NCBI GenBank assembly: GCA_963790305.1
Contig: CAWBOC010000005.1
Coordinates: 800,001-864,000, forward strand
Direction: 5' to 3'
Source of the DNA: an uncultured Gemmatimonadaceae bacterium
GTDB taxonomy: Bacteria > Gemmatimonadota > Gemmatimonadetes > Gemmatimonadales > Gemmatimonadaceae
Length of the DNA stretch: 64,000 nucleotides
In this document: positions 49,138-58,261 of the stretch, in pieces
Position numbering within the stretch: the first letter of the stretch is position 1
Layout of the letters: each line of letters opens with the position of its first letter
Position numbers and translations under genes: made by a program
Notes under the pieces: generated by a model
What the model was told of the DNA's origin: nothing
The model's input: the letters and a program-made list of their open reading frames with translations, nothing else
Databases searched by the model: none

Positions 49138-49693
49138 CCGAAGCTCTCCCGCCGCTCTGCGGCATGTCTGATCGTGTATCGATGTCGCGCGTGACGCCCT
49201 CGTCAGGCACCGGCACTTCGACGACGTTCGCGGCGTGAGCATGCACTACCGTGCGCGCTCCGCCGGTCGGCGTGGTCATGAGCTCGAGCCACACCGTGCG
49301 CGCGAAGAGCACAGGATGCCCGCGACGCCCTTCATGCACGGGGAGGACGATTGGCGCCCGCGTCCGTTTGAACGCATCCACCAGCGCCAGCACGCTCAAT
49401 AGATGGACGAATGGGTGGTCGACCGGCCACACGACGACGGCCTCCGCGCGGTCATTGGCGAGCCCCGCGAGCGCAAGGCGAAGTGATCCAGACTGCTCAC
49501 TCCTGGGGTTCGGATTGATTACGGCCCTCGCCGGAGAGGGCACGTCGACCCCAGGGGGCACGACGGCGAGGACTGGACTCAGGTCCCCTTCGGTCGCGAC
49601 CCGAACGACCGCGTCGAGAAAGCGCTCTCCGGATGACAGGCGCGCGAGCGCCTTGGGCTCACCGAAACGGGTGCCCTGTCCCGCGGCAAGCAC
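49124..49693 (-). CDS. MocA/MobA-like nucleotidyltransferase (start uncertain)
   Basis: LAAGQGTRFGEPKAL, PVDHP, GRRGHPVLF, DIDT. Confidence 0.85.
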   Translation of the reverse strand: MLAAGQGTRFGEPKALARLSSGERFLDAVVRVATEGDLSPVLAVVPPGVDVPSPARAVINPNPRSEQSGSLRLALAGLANDRAEAVVVWPVDHPFVHLLSVLALVDAFKRTRAPIVLPVHEGRRGHPVLFARTVWLELMTTPTGGARTVVHAHAANVVEVPVPDEGVTRDIDTRSDMPQSGGRASDGVS

Positions 49694-49843
49694 CGCGCAC
49701 GCGATGGGGACTTCCCGAACGGAGATGGTACCTGGCCGGATGTCGTGAGGAGCGAGTAGCTTACCGTGCGAGAACGACGAGGGCCAGGCGGGAAACGTGC
49801 GACGCTCGTCGCTCGTCCTTCACGGATGCCCCCACGCACTGCC

Positions 49844-50902
49844 ATGGACCTCCCCCGGTTCCGGTTCGCCTGCATCCTGTTCATGATCGTCGCCGCCTGC
49901 ACGCGCTCCCGTGGATCAGGAGAGGCGCCAGCCGAGGATGATCTGCTCGCCAACGACACGATTCCCGCGTCGTTCGTCGCGTTCACGGATGCTGGTGGCG
50001 ACACGGAAGCCGTCATCGAGTTGGCGACCGACTCACTCCGGGCTCCCGTCCATGAGCAGCCGCGGTTCGTCGTCCTGCCGCCTGTCGCGGACACGCTCGC
50101 GAAGTACATGGTGTTCGCCGCGCGTGGGCAGAGTTGGTACGCGGCGTCCGCGCGCGGAAAGCGAATGCTCATCGATATCGGTCGGTTCGATGGAAAGCTC
50201 ACGACCCCCGCGCACAAGGACGCGTTTCGCGAAGCGATCGACATGATCTCTCCGGTGCGCGCTGGCGACCGCTTCCGCTTGTACGGTCCGTGGGGCAGTG
50301 ACACCGTTACCGTGAGCGGCTTCGACATCTGGAATGGGCGCATCGTCGCGACGCTGACGGCGCCGCCCCGTGTCGATTCCATCGCCCGCGCGAAGGAGAC
50401 GCTCGTCGCCAGCGCCATGCGCACCGATTCCGTTGCGGTGCCGGCGACGGGCAGGTGCAGACGCGACAGCGTGCCGGAAGAAGTGTGGCTCCACGCTGGA
50501 TTCGCGCGCGACTCTGTGGAGCAGGCGCTGCGCGATGCCGCGGTCCGTCTTCCCGAGCGCTTGCAGAACACGTTGCGTGTCGAGACATCGCACGCCATCG
50601 GGTGCTTTGCCGATTCGCGCATGCTCCTCGTCGTAACGCTCGTGGCGGGCAACTACGAGTACGTGCGTCAGGGTGCTGTGGCGGTCTCCGATTCCGGCGG
50701 TGCCACTCCGTTGGCGGTACTGGACCCGCGCTTCCGCGCGCACGTCGCGCTGCACGCGCTGGACGCGGACGGAGATGGGGTCGACGATGTCGCCATGCGG
50801 GGGAGGGCGGAGCGGTTGGGCGCGACTGTCGTGTTGCGCTACAATGTGGCGGAGAAACGACTGGAGCGGTTGGCCACGGGGTTTGCCTGGGAGAGGAACT
50901 GA
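49844..50902 (+). CDS. Hypothetical lipoprotein
   Basis: FACILFMIVAAC lipobox; DADGDGVDD motif. Confidence 0.65.
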   Translation: MDLPRFRFACILFMIVAACTRSRGSGEAPAEDDLLANDTIPASFVAFTDAGGDTEAVIELATDSLRAPVHEQPRFVVLPPVADTLAKYMVFAARGQSWYAASARGKRMLIDIGRFDGKLTTPAHKDAFREAIDMISPVRAGDRFRLYGPWGSDTVTVSGFDIWNGRIVATLTAPPRVDSIARAKETLVASAMRTDSVAVPATGRCRRDSVPEEVWLHAGFARDSVEQALRDAAVRLPERLQNTLRVETSHAIGCFADSRMLLVVTLVAGNYEYVRQGAVAVSDSGGATPLAVLDPRFRAHVALHALDADGDGVDDVAMRGRAERLGATVVLRYNVAEKRLERLATGFAWERN

Positions 50903-50904
50903 AG

Positions 50905-51030
50905 GTGAACTTTCGCAGACGTCAGGCGGCAGACATCAGGTTATCAGGAGTCGGATAGCGGCGACGATGTTGACCTTTCTGACATCTGACACCTGACGTC
51001 GGATCCCTGACGTCTTCGGGTGTTGATCTT
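50905..51030. repeat. Family C element (diverged)
   Basis: gcagacgtcaggcggcagacatcagg...tctgacatctgacacctgacgtc...cctgacgtcttcggg. Confidence 0.75.
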
Positions 51031-51088
51031 GTCACGGTACGACCATTGCCGCTCATTGAGGTTTGTCCTGAACCCTGAGCGAGACGAG

Positions 51089-52042
51089 ATGCCCGCCCGC
51101 GCCAAGCCCTCTCCCTCCGTCCCGGTCCCTACTCGCCCCCTCGGCCGCACCGGCGCCGACGTCTCCATCCTCGGACTCGGCGGCTATCACCTCGGACTCG
51201 TCGATACGCAGGCCGAGGCGACCCGGATCGTGCACGAAGCGATCGACGCCGGCGTCACGCTCATGGACAACGCCTGGGAGTATCACGAAGGCGAGAGTGA
51301 GAAGCGCATGGGGAAAGCGCTCGCGAAAGGGAAGCGCGAGCGCGTCTTTCTGATGACGAAGGTCTGCACGCACGGCCGCGACGCCAAGACCGCAATGCAA
51401 CAGCTCGAGCAATCACTCCGCCGCCTCGGCACCGACTACCTCGATCTCTGGCAGATTCACGAGGTCGCGTACTACAACGACCCTGAGCGTCACTTCATGG
51501 CCGGGGGCGCCGCTGATGCGCTGCTGGCCGCCAAAGCGCAGGGAAAGGTGCGGTGCATCGGCTTTACCGGACACAAGGATCCCGAGCTGCATCTCAAGAT
51601 GCTCTCGTACGATTTTCCCTTCGACACCTGCCAGCTGCCGCTCAACTGCTTCAATGCGACGTTCCGCAGCTTCGAGCAGATTGTCCTTCCGGAGCTCCTC
51701 GGGCGCGGGATCGCTCCGCTCGGCATGAAGAGCTTCGGTGGCGAAGCGGGCATGATCAAGAAAAAGGTCGTCACCCCCGACGAAGCACTGCGTTACGCGC
51801 TGAGTCTCCCCGTTGCGGCGACGATTTCCGGTGTCGATTCGCTGAAAGTGTTGCGGCAGAACCTCAGGATTGCCGCCGGCTTCAAGCCAATGTCGGCGGT
51901 CGAGATGGATTCGCTACGGCTGCGCGTCGCGGCCGAGGCGGCCGATGGACGCTTCGAGCTGTACAAGGTGAGCGCGAAACACGAGGGGCCGGAGGGGCGT
52001 AAGCAGCATGGGTTCCCCGACGACGAGGAGCTGGCGGCCTAA
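51089..52042 (+). CDS. Aldo/keto reductase
   Basis: RPLGRTG, DNAWEY, LMTK, SLRRLGTDYLDLWQIH. Confidence 0.92.
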   Translation: MPARAKPSPSVPVPTRPLGRTGADVSILGLGGYHLGLVDTQAEATRIVHEAIDAGVTLMDNAWEYHEGESEKRMGKALAKGKRERVFLMTKVCTHGRDAKTAMQQLEQSLRRLGTDYLDLWQIHEVAYYNDPERHFMAGGAADALLAAKAQGKVRCIGFTGHKDPELHLKMLSYDFPFDTCQLPLNCFNATFRSFEQIVLPELLGRGIAPLGMKSFGGEAGMIKKKVVTPDEALRYALSLPVAATISGVDSLKVLRQNLRIAAGFKPMSAVEMDSLRLRVAAEAADGRFELYKVSAKHEGPEGRKQHGFPDDEELAA

Positions 52043-52148
52043 CGGTTCAGCGGTATGACCGTTGACGTCACGATCGCCACTGCATGTTGCACGAAGAGGC
52101 TCGCTGCTTCGACATTGGATTTACGCGGGCGGTTGACGAAAAACACAC

Positions 52149-52460
52149 ATGGCAATAACTGGCAAGGAGCGCGCTGAGCTTCGGGCGGAAGCGCACCACC
52201 TCGATCCCCTGGTGCACGTCGGCGTCCACGGAATCACGCCGACGCTCGTCGAATCGCTCGACGACGCCCTCCGCACCCGCGAACTGGTCAAGGTTCAGCT
52301 CGGCCGTCCCATCGAGGAGCGACCGCGCGCCCTCGCCGAGCGGCTGGCGCATGAGACGGGTGCCGTCGTCGTTCAGGTCATCGGACGAACCGCCACGCTC
52401 TATCGGGAGAATCCGGAGCTCGAGCGAAAGGACGGGGCGCCTCCACCGTGGAGACGATGA
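52149..52460 (+). CDS. yhbY: CRM-domain RNA-binding protein
   Basis: LRAEAHHLDP, RELVKV, QVIGRTATLYR. Confidence 0.92.
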   Translation: MAITGKERAELRAEAHHLDPLVHVGVHGITPTLVESLDDALRTRELVKVQLGRPIEERPRALAERLAHETGAVVVQVIGRTATLYRENPELERKDGAPPPWRR

Positions 52461-52924
52461 TGCGCCGAGCTCTCTTGCTGCTCATTGCCGCCGCTGTGGG
52501 TTGCGGCACGTCCGACCGCGGCGCAGGCGGCGACTCGGCGTTCGCCGGCGTCCAGGCACGCGGTCACGAGGCGATGGGCGTCGACCAATACACATCGGAG
52601 CACCGCTTCGAGCCCCTACCTGACGGAGGTCGGATCGAGCTCCAGCGGGACAGCGCCGACCGCGCCGGTGTAGCGACGATCCGCGCGCACATGCGCGACA
52701 TCGCCGACCGATTCTCCCGGGGCGATTTCACGATTCCCGGATTCGTCCACGCGCAGGAGGTGCCGGGAACGCGCGTGATGACCGAGCGGAAGGGCCAGAT
52801 CACTTACCAGGCGAACGATCTCCCCGGAGGCGCGGAGGTTCGCATTCGCTCAGCCGATTCCACCTCTGTCACCGCCGTCCACGCGTTCCTCGCCTTCCAG
52901 CGAACGGACCACCGCGTGCACTGA
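52457..52924 (+). CDS. Hypothetical His-rich lipoprotein
   Basis: [11 protein letters not shown] lipobox; several His (EHRF, IRAH, FVH, QRTDH). Confidence 0.7.
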   Translation: MMRRALLLLIAAAVGCGTSDRGAGGDSAFAGVQARGHEAMGVDQYTSEHRFEPLPDGGRIELQRDSADRAGVATIRAHMRDIADRFSRGDFTIPGFVHAQEVPGTRVMTERKGQITYQANDLPGGAEVRIRSADSTSVTAVHAFLAFQRTDHRVH

Positions 52925-53048
52925 GCCTTCGGCGATTGGCCACCCCTCGCGGCCGAGGTTATTATTCCGTGAGCGTGGACCGCGCGGGTGGTGTGCGGGC
53001 AAGGGGCGCATCCGCACGCGCTGCCGCATCAGAGCCAATGAGGGATTG

Positions 53049-53312
53049 ATGCCTTACATCATTACCGAAGCGTGCATCGGCGTGAAGGACAAGGCGTGCG
53101 TGGACGTATGCCCCGTCGATTGCATATATGAAGGCGAGCAGCAGCTCTTCATCCATCCGGATGAGTGCATCGACTGCGGCGCGTGCGAGCCCGAGTGTCC
53201 CGTCACCGCGATCTTCCCCGAGGAAGACGTGCCGGCGAACATGAAGCAGTACGTGCAGCTCAACCGCGACGTGTTCAAGAGCGACAATCCGCCGAAAAAG
53301 CCGACGAGATAG
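53049..53312 (+). CDS. fdxA: 7Fe-type dicluster ferredoxin
   Basis: [18 protein letters not shown]...[12 protein letters not shown]. Confidence 0.93.
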   Translation: MPYIITEACIGVKDKACVDVCPVDCIYEGEQQLFIHPDECIDCGACEPECPVTAIFPEEDVPANMKQYVQLNRDVFKSDNPPKKPTR

Positions 53313-53439
53313 GGGTCAGGAGTCAGGAGTCAGGGGCCAGGGGTGTCAGGGTTGAGGTGTCAGGAGAAGTGCACGCTGTTCTCTCCTGCAACCCACTCCC
53401 TGACCCCCCTGATCCCTGACTCCTGACTCCTGACCCCTA
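53310..53439. repeat. Family A element
   Basis: 26-bp perfect arms beginning and ending in TA. Confidence 0.88.
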
Positions 53440-53447
53440 ACAGCTTC

Positions 53448-54167
53448 ATGCTCACCGCAATCTCCCTCGACTACTGGGACACTCTCTTCGACGGCGGCAA
53501 TCTCCCCGAGAGACTCGAGCGCCGGCAGGGCGCACTGCGCCGCATGCTGCGTAACCTCGAGTGCAATGTGCCCGACGAGGAGTTCGTCACGCTGTATCGG
53601 GCTGCGGGGGCCGAGGCAGACCGGTGGTGGCGCGAGGAGCACCGCGGCTACACCGCCGACGACCGCATCCGCTGGATGCTCGCCCGGCTGAACGTGACAC
53701 GTCCACTCGACTGCGAGCATGTCGCCGCGGCGGTACGCGCCGTGGATGAAACTCTCCTCGAGTTCCCGCCGCCGTTGCTCACCGGTGCGACAGAGACCAT
53801 CGAGCGACTGGCCGCGCGGTTTCCCCTGGCGATTCTCTCCGATACCGGATTCGCCTCCAGCGCGGCGCAGGATGCGCTGCTCGCTCGCGAGGGCCTGAAC
53901 GACTACTTCGCCGCGCGCATTTACTCGATGGACATCGGGCACGCCAAGCCACGGCGCGAGATGTTCGAGGCCTGCGCCGCCGCGCTCGGACAGGCCCCTG
54001 AGACGATCATTCACATCGGGGACAACGAGCGCACCGACGTGCGTGGCGCGCTCAATGCCGGATTTCGAGCCATCAGGCTGGATGTGGTTCGGGACAACGG
54101 GCCCAGTGCAGCGGAGCTCGTGGCACGCACCTTCGACGAGCTGCGCGAATACCTGCTCGACGAGTAG
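53448..54167 (+). CDS. HAD-family hydrolase
   Basis: DYWDT, LSDT, KP, HIGDNERTD. Confidence 0.9.
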   Translation: MLTAISLDYWDTLFDGGNLPERLERRQGALRRMLRNLECNVPDEEFVTLYRAAGAEADRWWREEHRGYTADDRIRWMLARLNVTRPLDCEHVAAAVRAVDETLLEFPPPLLTGATETIERLAARFPLAILSDTGFASSAAQDALLAREGLNDYFAARIYSMDIGHAKPRREMFEACAAALGQAPETIIHIGDNERTDVRGALNAGFRAIRLDVVRDNGPSAAELVARTFDELREYLLDE

Positions 54168-54174
54168 CGCGTCT

Positions 54175-54402
54175 TCAGCGCGTGCGGCGCTGGTGCCCCA
54201 GGACGAACCATGCGAGCGCGCCGACGATCGGCAGGGCGATGACGAGCACCGTCCAGATCACTTTCACCCGCGGCGCGTGATGCCGCCCCAGCCAGATCGA
54301 GAGGAGCGCGGCCGCGCTTCCGATTGCCCACGCCGCGAAGAGCCAGAGTGGCCAGCTTCGGGAGCCGGCCAGCATCGACTCTGCAGGCGGCACCTGCATC
54401 AT
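54175..54402 (-). CDS. Small PLDc_N-like membrane protein
   Basis: KVIWTVLVIALPIVGALAWFVLG. Confidence 0.72.
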   Translation of the reverse strand: MMQVPPAESMLAGSRSWPLWLFAAWAIGSAAALLSIWLGRHHAPRVKVIWTVLVIALPIVGALAWFVLGHQRRTR

Positions 54403-55370
54403 CGCCGGCGCACTACCGACTCTGCCGCGGTGATGATGGCGTCGGCAGTCATGCCGTACTTGCGGAGCAGGTCATCGGGCTTGCCTGATTCCGCATAACG
54501 ATCACCGAGGTCGACGAATTCGATCGGCGCTGGCGCCGTGCGCGCCAGCGTGGACGCGACGACGCTCCCCAGTCCTCCGTGATGCAAGTGCTCCTCGGCC
54601 ACGACGAACGCCCCTGTTTCACGTGACGCGCGCGCGAGTGCCTCGGCGTCGATGGGCTTCACGGTGTGCATGTCGAGCACTCGGGCGTTGATGCCACGGT
54701 CCGCGAGCTGGTCGGCGGCGACGAGCGCCTGCGCCACCAGCAAGCCGTTGGCGACGATGGTGAGCGCATCCCCGTCACGCAGGGTGATGGCGCGCCCAAA
54801 GGCGAAGTCGAGCGGAGCCTCGTGAACGATCGCCGCCTTCGGCCGACCCAGTCGCAAATACACCGGCCCCTGGTGTGCGGCGGCCGCGTGCACCGCGGCA
54901 CTCATCGAAACTTCGTCGGCCGGAATGCACACGATGAATCCGGGAAGGGCACAGGCGAGCGCGACGTCCTCGACGCTCTGCTGCGAGACACCGTCCTCGC
55001 CAATGGAAATGCCACCGTGCGACCCCGCGACTTTCACGTTCAGGTGTGGATACGCGGCGCCCATGCGCAGCTGATCGAACCCCTTGCAGAGCACGAACGC
55101 GGCGAAGCTGGAGATGAAGGGGATCTTCCCGCTCGACGCCAGCCCGGAGGCGATCCCGACCATGTTCGCTTCCTGGATACCGATGTTGAAGAAGCGCTCC
55201 GGAAAGTGCTTGCCGAACGTCCAGCTAAAAGTGGACTTGGCGAGGTCGGCGTCGATGGCGACGACGTCACGGTTCGCGCGGCCGAGCTCGAGAAGCGCGT
55301 CGCCGTACGCTTCGCGCGTGGCGCGACCGATTCTGAGAGTGTACTTCGTTGAGAGCATTCGCTTGGACAA
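54399..55370 (-). CDS. Transketolase C-terminal subunit
   Basis: ATREAYG, NIGIQEANM, GEDGVSQQ, GPVYLR, TVKPID. Confidence 0.92.
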   Translation of the reverse strand: MSKRMLSTKYTLRIGRATREAYGDALLELGRANRDVVAIDADLAKSTFSWTFGKHFPERFFNIGIQEANMVGIASGLASSGKIPFISSFAAFVLCKGFDQLRMGAAYPHLNVKVAGSHGGISIGEDGVSQQSVEDVALACALPGFIVCIPADEVSMSAAVHAAAAHQGPVYLRLGRPKAAIVHEAPLDFAFGRAITLRDGDALTIVANGLLVAQALVAADQLADRGINARVLDMHTVKPIDAEALARASRETGAFVVAEEHLHHGGLGSVVASTLARTAPAPIEFVDLGDRYAESGKPDDLLRKYGMTADAIITAAESVVRRR

Positions 55371-55496
55371 GGTGTCAGGAGTCAGGAGTCAGGGATGAGG
55401 GGGTGTCAGGGTCCAGGTGTGAGGCGGCGGCTCGCGCAACTCCTGAACCCCTCACCCTGACACCCCCTGACCCCTGACTCCTGACTCCTGACCCCC
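55371..55496. repeat. Family A element between the transketolase subunits
   Basis: gtcaggagtcaggagtcaggg...ccctgacccctgactcctgactcctgaccccc. Confidence 0.85.
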
Positions 55497-56324
55497 ATTC
55501 AATTGCGTCAACGCGATCTCCAACTGCTCGCGAGTGGGTGCCTTGCCATGAAACTCGTTGTTGTGCTCCATGAACGACACGCCCTTGCCCTTCACGGTGT
55601 GCGCAATGATGCAGGTGGGGCGGCCGCGGTGTTCGCGCGCGGCGTGCAACGCCTCGAGCACCGCCTGAACGTCGTGTCCATCCGTCTCGAGGACATTCCA
55701 CTTGAATGATTCGAACTTCTCGCGCATCGGCTCGAGTGACTGAATGTCCTCGACCGCCCCGTCGAGCTGATACCGGTTGTAGTCGACGATCGCGCACAGC
55801 GTGTCGAGCTCGTAGTTGCCCGCGCACATCGCCGCCTCCCACACCTGCCCTTCCTGACACTCGCCATCGCCCAACACCACGTACGTACGGAAGTGCTTTC
55901 CATCGAGGCGGCCGGCAATGGCGTGCCCAATGCCGATCGATAGCCCCTGGCCGAGGGAGCCGGTGGACGCCTCGATCCCGGGCGCGACGCCCTGCACCGG
56001 ATGACCCTGCATGCGAGAGTTCACCTGTCGAAACGTCATCAGCTCGTCGGCCGGGAAATACCCCCGCTCGGCGAGAGCCGCGTAGAGAATGGGAACGCCG
56101 TGTCCCTTCGAGAGAATGAAGCGGTCCCGATCGGGCCACCCTGGATTGTGTGGATCGTGCTGCAGCACACCGCCGAAATAGAGTGCGGTGACGATCTCCG
56201 CGGCCGACAGCGAGCCGCCCGGGTGACCGCTGTTCGCCGCCGCAATGGCGCGGAGCGCGTTGGCGCGCAACGTTCGCGCAATGGACTCGAGCTGCTCAAC
56301 GGGGGGCGATGCGGTCGCGGCCAT
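55452..56324 (-). CDS. Transketolase N-terminal subunit
   Basis: SGHPGGSLS, DRFILSKGH, TGSLGQG, GDGECQEG, TVKGKG. Confidence 0.93.
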   Translation of the reverse strand: MAATASPPVEQLESIARTLRANALRAIAAANSGHPGGSLSAAEIVTALYFGGVLQHDPHNPGWPDRDRFILSKGHGVPILYAALAERGYFPADELMTFRQVNSRMQGHPVQGVAPGIEASTGSLGQGLSIGIGHAIAGRLDGKHFRTYVVLGDGECQEGQVWEAAMCAGNYELDTLCAIVDYNRYQLDGAVEDIQSLEPMREKFESFKWNVLETDGHDVQAVLEALHAAREHRGRPTCIIAHTVKGKGVSFMEHNNEFHGKAPTREQLEIALTQLNGGQESGVRGQGVSG

Positions 56325-56404
56325 GCGGGATCCGGGCGAAGGAAAGCCTGCGCGTGGAAAGATATTGCCCCGAGGGAAGGGATGCGACTTGGGGGGCGCG
56401 GCAA

Positions 56405-56440
56405 GGACGTCAGAGGTCAGAATACCGATTTCAGAATTCC
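56405..56440. repeat. Family C half element
   Basis: ggacgtcagaggtcagaataccgatttcagaatt. Confidence 0.45.
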
Positions 56441-56451
56441 TTTGCCGTTCG

Positions 56452-57237
56452 CTAGACTCCGGCGAGGAACTCGCTCAGCACCTGATTGAACGCCGCCGGC
56501 CGCTCGACGTTGCTGACGTGACCCGCGCCGGGAATGATCTCGAGACGACTTCCGGAGATGGCGGCGTGCATTGCACGCGACTCCTTGGGAGGGGTCAGCG
56601 CATCCTCCTCACCCACGACGATCAGCGTCGGAACATCAATCGTCGCGAGGGAGGCGGTCGCGTCGGGCCGGTTCATCATCGCTTCCGAGGCACCGACAAT
56701 GCTGTCCACGCTCGCGCTCTCGAGCATCGCTCGCATCGTGGCCACGACGGAGGGCTCCCGCTCACGCGTGGATTTGCCGACCATCCCGGGAAGCATCGCG
56801 CGCGCGACAGCGGTCGGCCCCTCGCGCCTGGCGAGCTCGATGGTCTCGCGCCGCTTCTGCTTGCCTTCCTCATTGTCCGCGCCGGCTCGCGTGTCCGAAA
56901 GCACGAGTGCCAGCACGCGTTCGCGATGCAGACGCCAGAACGCGAGGGTGATGTAGCCGCCCATCGAGAGACCTGCGAGCACCGCTCGCTCGATCTCGAG
57001 TGCGTCGAGGAATCGGGCGAGCCCGTCGGCCCAGCTATCGATGGCGAACCGCTCCGGCATGTCGCTCTCGCCGAAGCCGGGAAGATCGAGTGCGATCGCG
57101 CGGCTATGCCCGGAGAGCGCGCGCAGCTGCGGCGCCCACAGCTTCCGGTGGTGCGGAAAGCCGTGCACGAACACCACTGGGCGTCCCTCGCCCGCGTCAT
57201 CGTATGCGACGCCGCGCGTTCCTAGATCGACCCGCAT
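56452..57237 (-). CDS. Alpha/beta-fold hydrolase
   Basis: VHGFP, DLPGFGES, GLSMGG, GEED, AGH. Confidence 0.9.
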   Translation of the reverse strand: MRVDLGTRGVAYDDAGEGRPVVFVHGFPHHRKLWAPQLRALSGHSRAIALDLPGFGESDMPERFAIDSWADGLARFLDALEIERAVLAGLSMGGYITLAFWRLHRERVLALVLSDTRAGADNEEGKQKRRETIELARREGPTAVARAMLPGMVGKSTREREPSVVATMRAMLESASVDSIVGASEAMMNRPDATASLATIDVPTLIVVGEEDALTPPKESRAMHAAISGSRLEIIPGAGHVSNVERPAAFNQVLSEFLAGV

Positions 57238-57274
57238 CGCGACAAAGTGGAGCCCGCGTTCCCCGCGCGGAAGG

Positions 57275-58261
57275 CTACCGCAGCCATCGGGCATCAAACG
57301 TCGACCAGAAGAGCGTCACGCCGTCGGCGGCGCGGGCGACACGCAGGGCGATGGCGAACGCCTTCGCGCTGTAGGTGGCATCGAGCCGCATTCCACTCGC
57401 GCGCTCCATGGCCGCGGCCGCTTCCGTTGCCAGCGGCGATACACGCCCGTATGCCCCAGCGTATGCGTCGTGCACCACCCGAACTGCGTCCGTCCTCACC
57501 CGCGGCAGCGCGACCCCCGTGGTGCGACGAACCCACCGTGCGGTCTCGCGCGCGCGGAGGACGACGCGCGCGCGTCCGGTCGCGATCCGCGGGACCACCC
57601 GCGCACCGACCACCTCCGTCCTCATTCCCGCTGCCGCAAAGCCCAACGCGAGCCCGGCCGCCGTTCCGCCGGTTCCGAGGGGCACCACCACTCGCGTAGG
57701 AGCAGGCAGCTCGCCCGCTTCCACCTGATCCGCCAACTCGAGCGCGGCATTGACGTGTCCGAGAATTCCTCGCGCGGATGTGCCACCGAATGGAATCCAC
57801 CGGGCTCCCAGCGTCATGCGACGCAGGAGCGTGCGGACAATGCCGCCCAGCGCCGATCCGGACGTTTCGACGACGGCGCACTCGGTCAGCGAGCGGCGCG
57901 CAACGTCCTCCGATATCGGATGCATCTCGTGTCGCCATCGAACCGCGTGCACGCGCGCGTGCAGTCGTGAGGCGTGCACCGCTGTCGCCAGAACGTGCGT
58001 CGAGCCTTCACCGCCGCCGGTGAGCAGCACGTCGCCCGGCTGCACCCCCGCGAGGAGATATTCGAGCGCGCGCACCTTGTTGCCACCGAGCGCCGTGGAC
58101 GCCAGGTCGTCCCGCTTGATCCACAGTGGGGCGTCCAGGTCCGGGAAGCGCACCGACTCGACGGGCGTCGGATACTCCCCGAGCGGCACACGCGGGATGC
58201 TCGCCAGCGCCGGATATCGCCTGACGAGTGGAATCGGCGGATCCGGACGCCTCCCCGTCAC
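57275..58261 (-). CDS. PLP-dependent D-cysteine desulfhydrase/ACC deaminase family
   Basis: PTPVE, IKRDD, GGNKVRALE, GTGGTAAG, LDATYSAKA. Confidence 0.85.
   Translation of the reverse strand: MTGRRPDPPIPLVRRYPALASIPRVPLGEYPTPVESVRFPDLDAPLWIKRDDLASTALGGNKVRALEYLLAGVQPGDVLLTGGGEGSTHVLATAVHASRLHARVHAVRWRHEMHPISEDVARRSLTECAVVETSGSALGGIVRTLLRRMTLGARWIPFGGTSARGILGHVNAALELADQVEAGELPAPTRVVVPLGTGGTAAGLALGFAAAGMRTEVVGARVVPRIATGRARVVLRARETARWVRRTTGVALPRVRTDAVRVVHDAYAGAYGRVSPLATEAAAAMERASGMRLDATYSAKAFAIALRVARAADGVTLFWSTFDARWLR

Noticed and set aside
54399..56324. Transketolase broken by repeat insertion
   Set aside because: Two-subunit transketolases are a known natural arrangement, and both halves are complete.
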